A stretch of DNA of 63,957 bases, filler included, from Perkinsus chesapeaki ATCC PRA-425 (lineage: Eukaryota; Protista; Perkinsozoa): NCBI GenBank assembly GCA_013115145.1. It is 9 parts of 9 records of this genome, joined end to end, with 100 filler letters (N's around TTAATTAATTAA, not from the genome) between each part and the next. Parts side by side here need not be neighbours in the genome. Positions count along the whole stretch, not along the records: positions 7,370 to 16,885 come from JAAPAO010000933.1; positions 16,986 to 29,465 come from JAAPAO010000811.1; 7 more parts are not named here. The stretch is one strand, 5' to 3'. A model generated the notes under the pieces. It searched no databases, had not been told where the DNA came from, and saw only the letters and a program-made list of their open reading frames with translations. Both the position numbers and the translations under genes were made by a program. Within the stretch, counting starts at the first letter, position 1. Each line of letters opens with the position of its first letter. Shown here piece after piece: positions 10,429 to 20,040 of this stretch.

Positions 10429-11517
10429 ATGCAGAATTCGGGATGGGCCCCCCTCCGGTCTCTCTCATGGCAGCCGCTTGGTGTACCCTCGGTTTCAAGT
10501 CCTCGAGTCCCTGTAAAATCTTCGGTTTCTTCTAAAGCCCAGCAAGCGGTTGTGGCTGCCTCCACATCAGATGATAATCAGTTGAAGAGTTTTGTCGCCT
10601 CTGCGTTTGCAGAAAGTACCCACAAGCAGATGCGTTCCGCATCGGTATTATATGAATCTATCTGTGGATCAAAGAATCATGATCCTTACCCAGTCAATTT
10701 GGACAAGTTACTGTTGATGGTCCACGCTATGACTCAAGCAAGCTATTCGGTTGGAACTATTCAAAAGTATATTTCTCAAATACGTAGTCAGGCATCTCGC
10801 TCCCGCCTCCTCATACTTGATGAGGTTGATTCCTCTATTGTTACTCTATCTCTCAGAGCTGCAAAGAAGGTGCTAGGCTCAGCTGTTACCCATGCGACTA
10901 CTTTATCTCGGGAGGATGTCTTCTCAGTTTCGTCAGTTTTGAGACGAACTTGCCCTGAAGCAGCAGACCTCTACCTCTTGGGGGTGTCTGGTTTATTCAG
11001 GCTCGGTGAACTACTCCAAATGGAGGCGGGTCATATTAATCCGTGTTGGCTTCCTACGGGTTCCGGTGAAATGTTTGGTATCTCAGTTTTTGTGAAAAAG
11101 TCCAAGACCGATGTTTTCTCTCGAGGTTGCTACCGCAATATTGCTTGTATCTCTGAGAGCGGTGACTCCTTTTCTTGCTCATCGGCATTTTGCTCTGCAC
11201 ACTCAATACTGATCCGTTCTAGAAGTGCTGTCTCTCCGGATGATCCGTTATTCCGAGTAACCAGGGATGCATTTTCGGGCTTACTTCGGCAAGCTATTGT
11301 AGAAGTATGCGGAGTTACCCAGAGTGGCTCCCCTACTTCCCATTCGATGAGGCGGTCTGGAGCAGTTATGTGCTTCCAGGGTGGTATGCCGCTTACACTT
11401 TTGGCTGAATATGGGCGGTGGTCCTCCACCGAGTGCCTGGATAAGATTTACCTTCGAGATGGCCCACATTCCCAACAGCTATTCAGTGCGTACGTACTCC
11501 GTGCCTGGACGAAATAA
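10429..11517 (+). CDS. Tyrosine recombinase, catalytic set intact
   Basis: GLFRLGEL (R), KKSKTD (K), HSMRRSGA (HxxR), GRW, KIY (Y); N-terminal SAM-like domain (STHKQMRS...TIQKYISQI). Confidence 0.95.
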   Translation: MQNSGWAPLRSLSWQPLGVPSVSSPRVPVKSSVSSKAQQAVVAASTSDDNQLKSFVASAFAESTHKQMRSASVLYESICGSKNHDPYPVNLDKLLLMVHAMTQASYSVGTIQKYISQIRSQASRSRLLILDEVDSSIVTLSLRAAKKVLGSAVTHATTLSREDVFSVSSVLRRTCPEAADLYLLGVSGLFRLGELLQMEAGHINPCWLPTGSGEMFGISVFVKKSKTDVFSRGCYRNIACISESGDSFSCSSAFCSAHSILIRSRSAVSPDDPLFRVTRDAFSGLLRQAIVEVCGVTQSGSPTSHSMRRSGAVMCFQGGMPLTLLAEYGRWSSTECLDKIYLRDGPHSQQLFSAYVLRAWTK

Positions 11518-11883
11518 GAACCAGGCGATTATAGTCAACCGTCGTTGATAATCAGGTTGTCGGCCATTCACATCGCCAGTGGCGATATGTTAGTTATTGT
11601 GATAGTTTCGGTGTAATACTTGTGACTTGTGTCGTGAATATGTGCCCCTCCACGCAGCACAACAGGTGTAACCCTCGCTGTTCCACCGAGGGACTGGGCC
11701 CTAAACTTAACCTTCTGTGCTCCGAGTTTGGGCAGGGGATGGCTGTAGTCACTGTGGGTTCACCCTGGGGGTCGACGATTGGCCCCCTGGGCAACCCTTG
11801 TGTGACTTGCGTTCCGTCATCGCGGTGTCAGAGTCATCGCGGCGACCGCAACGCACCCTGCCACAACTCGGAGGCCAGAGGTT

Positions 11884-13962
11884 TTACCTAGGAAAACCGC
11901 AGCGCATAAAGATAAGTACCATACCTCTAACCAAAGATTCGGCCTTGGTATCAGGAATGGGAGTGAAGTCACAGAATGCCGTATACCAGTCCGTGCAGGT
12001 CAAGAGTTTACCACCAGGACCAACATGTAGTACGTCGACTCCAACTCGTTGCCATGCTGCTGCCATACCTTCCACAGGACGCCGCGTCCCATGAGGTGCA
12101 AGCTCACGTCCTTGTTTGGTAGCAGTGACTTGGCACACCTCACAGGCTCGACAAATACCACGGCATATATTTCCCATTTTTGGAAACCAGCACCAGTCCG
12201 AAAGGAAAAACTTCAGCTGTCTTGTATTAGCATGACAGTCAGCATGAGCTTGCATCACTAGAGTCTTTCGGCAATGAACGGGAATTAGAAGTTGCTTGAC
12301 AATTCTGCCAGTAGGGCTAAACCTTTGAACCCTAAATATGACTCCATCATCGTCAGTAATAAAACCACTACCTTTCACCAACGCTTGGCATTCAGGACAA
12401 GTCTGCTGTGCCTCGCGAACCTCATCAAGATCACAATATCGGGGACACTGAAATGGCTCAATCGCTATGTCATCGTCACACTCATTATTAGTAGCAATAA
12501 TATCACTCGTCACATCATCCAGAGAGCCTAACGAGCTATCGATAATGTGCACAGGATCGTCATTAGTGATATTCCCCACAGCGAGATCCTGTGGTAGGAC
12601 TCTAGCCATTGAGTCTACAAGCGATACAACCGAGAGCCTAGGTACCCATAGGGTAACCGCAACAGTACGATGATATTCAGCTATCATCCTTAGCTCTAGC
12701 TCATCGTTAGCATGATCGTTCTCTACCGTATGCCAATAACGGTCTCCGACAGCATTGGCATTGTCTCCAATCATCACCACCGGAGAGGTGCACAATGGAA
12801 GGAACCTATGCAAGGCCAACAATTGGGCTTTCCTTTCTCGGAAGGTTGATGAACGAGCCATATCCTCTACCGTCACCAAACCACCATCGAGAGAAAGCGG
12901 GAGTAACAGACACACTTCATCGTTGGCCAGCTGAATATCAAGCTCGGAACACATCCTTAAAGCCAAGGCATCTAACGCTTGATGCCAACCAACAGCGTGA
13001 GGACCAAAGTGAGCGACTCCATCCTTCTTTACGACAAGCAGCTGGAATATAATAGCGGCCCAGGCGTCTTCATTGCAATCCACCATGATAGCTGTACCCA
13101 TAACGTGACAACCATTACCATTTCCAAGAACATAGAGGCACGCTAACCCACTCAAGTAATATCGAGCTAGCTGCTTGACTAGGGATGTTGCCTTCGAACT
13201 TCTAGGATCGACTCGTTGAAGTCTACGTAGAATAACCTTAGCATCAGGAGAAAGCCATCTTGATAGCCATTGAAACCTACCAGACCAACTTCGGATCCAG
13301 CTCTTCCTGGACTCCAAGTCATGGAACTTGCTGAAGCTTGTACAGCTTTCTTCAATGGCAGCGTCAGTCAAAGAAGGTACTTTCACTTTCGGAAAAACCT
13401 CACTTCGATAACAACGAATACCACAAAAATCAACGATATCACCAGCTTCACATTTGTTTAGTGCCACCATACAACCATACCGAGCAAACAAATCGACCAC
13501 AACTTCTTTCGCTTGTAATACACATCTCTCATTCCCCCCTCCTATCAATATGTCATCTTGAAAATGAACAAGCCGTATCGGCAAACCCATTTTTCTACAG
13601 ATGACTCTAGCTTCATCTAGAATAGAACCGACAACCCTCGAGAATAGTATCGGACTATAGCGCCATCCTTGTGGAAGAACTACACATACTCATAGGTGCT
13701 CATTACCATCTTGATCTGTGGTCCTACAAGCAAACAGAGGCCAGAGATTGCTATCGAGATGAACCGATGAGAAGGCATCGCTTAGGTCTACTTTGACGAA
13801 ATACCGTCTCATTGATGGCGGCCATAACCGTAGAATATTAAGAGCTCCATCTTGAGATTGGGTGATGTCGGTACTCCTCTTTGTGGTCTGAGCGATGTCG
13901 GACTTCATAACCCATACATAACCATCGTCTTTATCGGGTGGAGATCTCGGTACAAGCTGCAT
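11884..13962 (-). pseudogene. Pol remainder: RT, RNase H, integrase zinc finger and partial core
   Basis: KVDLSDAF; HL*VCVVLPQGWRYSP (13962 and 13590 ORFs share a frame across one TGA); HFQDD; MVDC...IGDN; HADCH...CRACEVC; VGVDV. Confidence 0.9.
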
Positions 13963-16159
13963 ACTGCTGACTCAACAGTGTTGAGCTCTCGATTTGAGAA
14001 AGCTCAACAGTGTTGAGCTTTCTCAAATCGAGAGTAACCCTAAAGCGAGCCTTAACCTCCTCATCACTCATAGTGCAGATATCCACCTGCGTTAGCGGCT
14101 TGGCTGAACCATGCTTCTTATCGACCCATACTACTTCATTAATCACTGTAGCTTCTTCAACAGTTGCCTCACGAAACTTACACTCTCGAGCTGCTATGCC
14201 GATTCTCCGATGGATAGCCATCTCACGAGTTCGGTTACGCTTCCGTCGGGGCTCGGTGAAAGGCATAACCGAAATTCCACTGAGAGCGGGACAGGAAACC
14301 ATGAATCCACTATCAGAATGCGTAATAGCGCATTGATTCCTCACATCGATAGGATGTAGAACGTCGATCTTCTCATCGTACTTGTCATGGAATGTAGTCA
14401 GGAGAGGGTCTTGAACTCTACAGGTCGTTCCATCAAGGCATTCTATCAATATCCGCTTCAGATCCACTGAACGCTTGATAGTTTCAACACCTATGATGAA
14501 ATCCGGAGACAAGCCTTCAATCACCTTGACCTCAACATTCTCCACAAGAGTAGATTTCACTTCGTTCTCAATGTTCACTTTGAAGCAACCAAGTACTTGA
14601 GCACACTCACCGTTACCAAATTTAACGTTGCTACAAGAGTTGAGGGATTCACCAATTATATCCGCCGCCACCATCTCTCTAAACAAACCGGCATTGATAT
14701 ATGCAGAACCATATCCGCCAGTATCAAGTAGGGCAGGAAGTTTAGCAGCATAACCAATATCACCATTTGCTTGCCTTATTATGAGGTCCACAGTACATGC
14801 ACTGTCTCCTGCAAGAGCCAGTACATCACCAACAACACCAAGATTCTCAAACCGTTTACTATCAGCGCTGTTAGCAGAGGGAACCTCCTTCTCAGCCTGA
14901 GGTTTAGCAGCTGAAGCAGGAACTGAATTTTGGGACGTATCTGACTGAGTCGTCGAAGTGCTCGAAGGGGGCGCCGCAGTAGTCGACCGTAAAACAGGAC
15001 AGTTACGTCGTAAATGTGGGCCGTCACAATGCCAGCATCGGAGGGGTCTCTTTGATCTAAACGTTCTCGGACCATTCACTTCAGCTTGTGAACTGGAAGG
15101 GACTTCTGCAGAGACATTAATAGTTGCTGGAGTAGGCACTGGAGCCGCTTGTGCAGGTTGATCTTCATCCACAACAGCATTCACTGTGGAGTCTGTACCT
15201 GCATTGGCTCCCTCCCACAAAGTCAATTTAGAACATAGGTCATTAACATCCCTCACGTGAGAGTAGGTAGCCTTGACCGTCTTCTGATAGTTAGGCTTCA
15301 AACCTTTAATGAACTTATCCAAGATCTCGTCTTGAGTTACAGACAAACCAATACATTTGCCTTCCATAATTCCTTCTCGTAAACGGCCAATATAATCACC
15401 AATTGGCTCATTACTACGTTGCTTAACCTGTGCCAGGCGATTTCGGTAGCGAATACTATCATTTGTTACATCAAAAGCTGACCGTAAGAAGCTCTCAGCA
15501 GCAATGAGACGATCCTCTATCGAACCCTCCAATAGCAAGTGTTTCTCCTCAAGGATATCGGTCAATTCACTCGTAACACTTTGAGAAAGACACCTTAAAA
15601 GAAACCGCCAGCAGTTATCAGGAGAGAGTCCATATAGTTTACATGTCTGCAGCCATTCACGTAGAAAGAAAGAAACAGGTCTTGGGTCACTTCTTCCCGA
15701 GAATAACTTGCCACCAGCAGGCAATGGCAGTGTAGACACCACTCCCATAGATCTCACATTAGTAGCTTCATCAGTCAGAGTTTGCCTATCAAAATGATAG
15801 TCAGCTGCACTAACAGTGTCATTGCGGCTGGTTTCTGAGGGAGCAACATCTTCTGGAAGATGTACATGATATCTACTCACATTGCCGTCGGGGTGACCTC
15901 GTTGCAAATGTCTAGCACTAGTCGCCTTAGTAGATGTGAACGTGTACCAAAGATGTCGCAAGTGCAACATCTTATTAGCATCTTCACCAGAAACTTTACC
16001 AATCAGCAAATCAACCTCATCTTGACGAAGATAAATGACATAACGTGCGTCCAAACCAGTTGCTTCGGCAAACTCCTGGCGGGCAGTCTCCTCCGATAAA
16101 TCATCAATCCTGCATCGGGTACCAATGTGATGATTTCCCTCTTGACTTAACAAAACCAT
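13931..16159 (-). CDS. Gag - zinc knuckle - aspartic protease - start of RT
   Basis: CWHCDGPHLRRNC knuckle, LLDTG, DFIIG, RVTLDLRKLN. Confidence 0.9.
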   Translation of the reverse strand: MVLLSQEGNHHIGTRCRIDDLSEETARQEFAEATGLDARYVIYLRQDEVDLLIGKVSGEDANKMLHLRHLWYTFTSTKATSARHLQRGHPDGNVSRYHVHLPEDVAPSETSRNDTVSAADYHFDRQTLTDEATNVRSMGVVSTLPLPAGGKLFSGRSDPRPVSFFLREWLQTCKLYGLSPDNCWRFLLRCLSQSVTSELTDILEEKHLLLEGSIEDRLIAAESFLRSAFDVTNDSIRYRNRLAQVKQRSNEPIGDYIGRLREGIMEGKCIGLSVTQDEILDKFIKGLKPNYQKTVKATYSHVRDVNDLCSKLTLWEGANAGTDSTVNAVVDEDQPAQAAPVPTPATINVSAEVPSSSQAEVNGPRTFRSKRPLRCWHCDGPHLRRNCPVLRSTTAAPPSSTSTTQSDTSQNSVPASAAKPQAEKEVPSANSADSKRFENLGVVGDVLALAGDSACTVDLIIRQANGDIGYAAKLPALLDTGGYGSAYINAGLFREMVAADIIGESLNSCSNVKFGNGECAQVLGCFKVNIENEVKSTLVENVEVKVIEGLSPDFIIGVETIKRSVDLKRILIECLDGTTCRVQDPLLTTFHDKYDEKIDVLHPIDVRNQCAITHSDSGFMVSCPALSGISVMPFTEPRRKRNRTREMAIHRRIGIAARECKFREATVEEATVINEVVWVDKKHGSAKPLTQVDICTMSDEEVKARFRVTLDLRKLNTVELSQIESSTLLSQQYAACTEISTR

Positions 16160-16270
16160 TGTTAGAGGGATACGGAGGAGGACTTCTTAACATAAAAGGA
16201 ATATTACGTGTTACAGAAGGCTAGTGAGAACAGGTATTGCGCAGCTTAGCTCATAATACATCACACAATT

Positions 16271-16282
16271 GAGGGACAACCA
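16271..16282 (-). promoter_or_regulatory. Putative primer binding site TGGTTGTCCCTC
   Basis: TGG-initial motif 1 nt after the LTR end and about 110 nt before the gag ATG; priming tRNA not identified. Confidence 0.55.
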
Positions 16283-16283
16283 T

Positions 16284-16615
16284 TGTGTAACATCAACAGC
16301 TCCCTCAGTTCACTACAGTTTTACGCCAAATTTCGGTTTTGCCGATCACGACGGATCGGATGGACTCAGAGGTCTGTTACCTAAAATCTAATCATCTCTT
16401 AAGGTCATGTTTCGTCCTCACCACAAGGACTCATCAGTGGCTAACAGTGCCAGACACACCTTAAGTGCACCCCATACAGGTGGTTATCCAATTTACCCAC
16501 AGGTATGGTACCTAACCCTAGAAATTCACTATCATTAAGGAAGCAATTCCAGTATAGGTCTGTTACCAGGATAACAACGATGCGTAATAAGGTATGAAAT
16601 CAGCTGACCGCCACA
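16284..16615 (-). repeat. LTR (about 332 bp) with TGTG...CACA termini
   Basis: On the minus strand it starts TGTGGCGG right after the PPT GGGGGAA and ends TGTTACACA one base before TGGTTGTCCCTC; only one copy is visible, so boundaries rest on these signals. Confidence 0.7.
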
Positions 16616-16885
16616 TTCCCCCATTACTACACCTTTTTAACATCAAGTTCGCACTTAGGAACATCAATTTCGTCTCGACGGGCGAATTTGAGCGCACGAA
16701 TCTGAAACGGAAAGATCCACTTCGCCGTTAGGATTTTCAATTTCGCCATAGGATTGCATCCCTTTTGCGGAACTCTGAGGATTGCGTGGCTGCCTACAAT
16801 ACATCAGCTCCCGTAAGCTCTGTTGATATTTTCCTGAGCCATGCATGGTCTGACAGCGGTTGGTGGAAACAGGCTGCACTTTTAA
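16616..16885 (-). mobile_element. 3' end of an upstream Gypsy copy: integrase GPY/F tail and polypurine tract
   Basis: 16797-16627 reads VGSHAILRVP...AKLKILTAKWIFPFQI...KKV*; then GGGGGAA PPT at 16622-16616. Confidence 0.7.
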
Positions 16886-16985
16886 NNNNNNNNNNNNNNN
16901 NNNNNNNNNNNNNNNNNNNNNNNNNNNNNTTAATTAATTAANNNNNNNNNNNNNNNNNNNNNNNNNNNNNNNNNNNNNNNNNNNN
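16886..16985. other. Artificial contig linker
   Basis: Same 100-nt N/TTAATTAATTAA/N block. Confidence 0.98.
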
Positions 16986-18114
16986 TGGGTTCCTCCGGGG
17001 CCTCTGGGTCTTCCGGGTATGACTCCTCCGTGGGTTCCTCCGGGGCCTCTGGGTCTTCCGGGTATGACTCCTCCGTGGGTTCCTCCGGGGCCTCTGGGTC
17101 TTCTGGATACGGTTCTTCCGGATACGGTTCTTCTGGATAGGGCTCTTCTGGATAGGGCTCTTCTGGATACGTAGGAGCACGAGTCGGGAACGTAGGAGCA
17201 CGAGTCGGGAACGTAGGGATCGGGATCTCAATCGTAATTACCGTGGGAAACGGAACTACCCCGGGGTTCGGATTTACCGGGGGGAGCGGAACTACCCCGG
17301 GGTTGGGATTTACCGGGGGGAGCGGAACTACCCCGGGGCTCGGATTTACCGGGGGGGTTGGAATTACCGAGGGGTCCGGAATTACCGAGGGGTCCGGAGT
17401 TATCGAGGGGGTCTGGAACGGTCCAGTGCTTGCGGTTGTTGCTGTAGGCGGAGATCCTGTAGTCGGCTGTGTTGCAGGCGTTGTAGTCGGCTTTATACCA
17501 GGCGTTGTAGTCGGCTGTGTTGCAGGCGTTGTAGTCGGCTTTATTCCAGGCGTTGTAGTCGGCTTTGTTGCAGGGCTTGTAGTCGGCCTTGCTGGAGGCC
17601 TTGTAGTTGGCCCTGCTGGAGGCCTCGTAGTTGGCTTTGTTCCAGGCCTTGTAGTGGGCATTGCTGGAGGCCTTGTAGTCGGCCTTGCTGGAGGCCTTGC
17701 TGGAGGCGTTGGTGGAGGCCTTGCTGGAGGCTTTGCTGGAGGCGTTGCTGGAGGCGTTGGTGGAGGCCTTGCTGGAGGCCTTGCTGGAGGCATTGCTGGA
17801 GGCTTTGCTGGAGGCCTTGCTGGAGGCCTTGCTGGAGGCTTTGCTGGAGGCCTTGCTGGAGGCCTTGCCCTAGGCCTGGCCCCAGGCCTTCTAGCCGGCT
17901 TTGCCCTAGGCCTGGCCACGCCTAGCATACGCACGTCTATTAGATCACCTACGCCAGCTTCAGAGTCACTACTCAGGGCTCCCAAGTCATTCGAATGACT
18001 GAGAGCCAGGTGCTCTGAAGTAGCCTCGAGATTATCGTCAACTTGAAGCTGCACCAGGGCCCTAACGTACACCGGGGCGACGAGGCTCCCCAACAGATAA
18101 CCGTTGATGCGCAT
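16986..18114 (-). CDS. Secreted/surface Pro-rich modular repeat protein (extensin/mucin-like), 3'-truncated by the gap
   Basis: Signal-like MRINGYLLGSLVAPVYVRA, then PPARPPAK, PTTTPGIK, VVPLPPVNPNPG, APTFPTR, PEEPY and EAPEEPTEESYPEDP repeat blocks. Confidence 0.8.
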
Positions 18115-19194
18115 TCTTTGGAGAAGAAAAACTGTATAGATTGAAAATTGCCAGATTCAACTCAAAAGGAATTGTACTTAGCTTCTCCTCATCATCCTTC
18201 CCTCAGTAACAGCTAAGCGTATTAGCTTCAAGCTGAAGGCCAGCGTGGTTCAGGTCCACCAAGAAAAGGCGCTACTTCCGGCATAGAATCTCCTACGGTC
18301 CATCTCGGTTTGCTAAATGAAGCCCATAACATACTGTAACAGTATTACTGTTACGAGTTAAGTCACCATCTCCTCCTCCTACGTAATTATACAAGAAGGA
18401 TCTACTGGCCATAGCTATCAGAGTACTATGTCCGCCGCGGATAATCCGCGTATCGTAGCATATCGTAATGCTAGAGGTGGGACCCCCTTGGAGAATCACT
18501 TTTGCACTCGGAGTCCGAGTCATACCCTCAATGTCGTGGAATTATTGATAGCCATCATTCATCATCAGGCTGCAGTAATTTGCTTGTAGAGGTGATGCAC
18601 ATTGCTCCGAAGCAGATCACTATACGCTGCTGAGCACATGGAGCTAAGCTAAGCATAACGGTTCTGGTGGGTATAGGGCGCTCGGTAACAACAAGAGTTT
18701 TACTCGGTTTTACACTGTATGGATAAGCTTCAACTTGACGCTTTCAAGTGTTACTGCGGAGAACCAGCAGCCGGAAGTAGTATCTCATTTCAGCGCGGGG
18801 ACTCAATGACATCGTATAAAGGAGACAAAATAGGTGTAGATGCGGAGGCAGAGCATTTCGCGAATTTTTTTATAACCCATTTTCTCGATATCATAGCTTG
18901 GGTGGGCAGTAAATGGCATGCGATCCTTCGGCTCGCAAACACACTTCTGAAGACTGAAGGTTGAAATAGGTTGGAAAACATGTGCTGTCATACGTGAGTG
19001 TTAGCACTGGGCCAGAGCCTCTGGCGCATAATAGTAGGCTATGAACACTTGTTGCGGATCGCCCACATGCTATTCCTGGCTGGAGTTCTCCTGGAACGAC
19101 TTGCTATTACGGTTACTGATACCTTACAGAATATGAAGACGTTAATTCCCACCGTCGACACGTAAGCCCCCCTCATCAGAGCTCGATGGCTTCC

Positions 19195-19428
19195 TGCACG
19201 CACGGTGTGGGCGCGCTCTCTCGAGGGCCCCTCCCCCGAGCCCGCGGAGGCCTCACGTCTTAGTCCCGATATTTTGGCGAAACAGGAAGCCGGGCACCCA
19301 GGCCTCCGTGTCTCAAGGGCGAGAAGGAGTCCTTAAGAGACTCGTACAGACTGTTTAATGCTCTTTGAAAGCGTGGGTCTTCAATGAAGAATCGCGCTTT
19401 CAAAGAGCACGCCCACACGGTGCGTGCA
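19195..19428. mobile_element. Candidate small non-autonomous element with 19-bp inverted ends and a subterminal 15-bp hairpin
   Basis: 19195-19213 versus 19410-19428 (18/19 inverted match); perfect stem 19359-19373/19395-19409; A6 at the right flank. Confidence 0.5.
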
Positions 19429-20040
19429 AAAAATCTTCACCCGTAGAAAATTGTTGCAAGCAAGGGTAATTCTTCTGTAACTGGTAGAACGCAAGATTCT
19501 AATACAGCTGCTGACGAGAGGTGTATACAGAATAATAATGAGATTTAGATATTCTGCTATGTCGGCTATGGTCTAGTAAAGAATAGTGAGAAAGCAAGAT
19601 ATCAAGTCACTTAGCTAAATACCTTCAATACCTTCAACAAAATGGCTACCTGCGTCACACTGGATGCTGGCCGAACTCGGGAGCCAGTATAGCAGCTTCC
19701 CAGCAGCTCTCTCTTTCGTTTTTCGTTTAACATGATGTCCAATCAATGCTCTCGTTATTCCCTGACGCAAAGATCTTCTTGAGATCTAGTTACACTTAAA
19801 CGTCAGACGTTAAGTGCCTTACGTGCACCACCTCAGTGTAGTGTTCGTTGTTCTTAGTGTTATTTAATCGACCACATTGTAAGCAAGCCTTATCATGCTG
19901 TGACTTGGGCCATACCAATTGGGCGTTCTTTAGGAGCAACGAGGTCGCGAGTTGAGTAAGTACCGACCTTCAGGGGTACTCTTGTGCTTACTCACAAACA
20001 CAAAATTACTGTAATGCTAGAAACATATACAAGATGCAAT

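Larger units (their letters stand above)
7502..11885 (+). mobile_element. Tyrosine-recombinase (DIRS order, Ngaro-like) retrotransposon, 5' end lost at the contig edge
   Basis: Order RT - RNase H - YR with no methyltransferase ORF; the 3' end abuts a truncated Gypsy integrase. Confidence 0.85.
11884..16615 (-). mobile_element. Defective Ty3/Gypsy LTR retrotransposon (LTR, PBS, gag-pro-RT-RH-IN), 3'-truncated in the integrase core
   Basis: Domain order PR-RT-RH-IN; frame break near 13960-14020; in-frame TGA at 13692-13690; integrase stops at GFPR before the second catalytic Asp. Confidence 0.92.

Noticed and set aside
11520-11880. Split direct repeats or ITR/ICR of the YR element
   Set aside because: Only short local repeats (GTCATCGCGG x2); the 5' end needed for comparison is missing from the contig
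5168-13692. In-frame TGA codons (5168-5170 and 13690-13692) as evidence for UGA=Trp recoding
   Set aside because: Both lie in elements with other lesions, and host genes here use TGA as a stop (cullin); TGG/CGA-to-TGA decay is simpler
17243-17998. Gly-rich 251-aa and LEALLEA ORFs on the + strand
   Set aside because: Antisense shadows of the Pro-rich repeat gene, which has the signal peptide
18240-19150. Short ORFs 18293-18523 and 18719-18964
   Set aside because: No recognisable family or convincing exon chain
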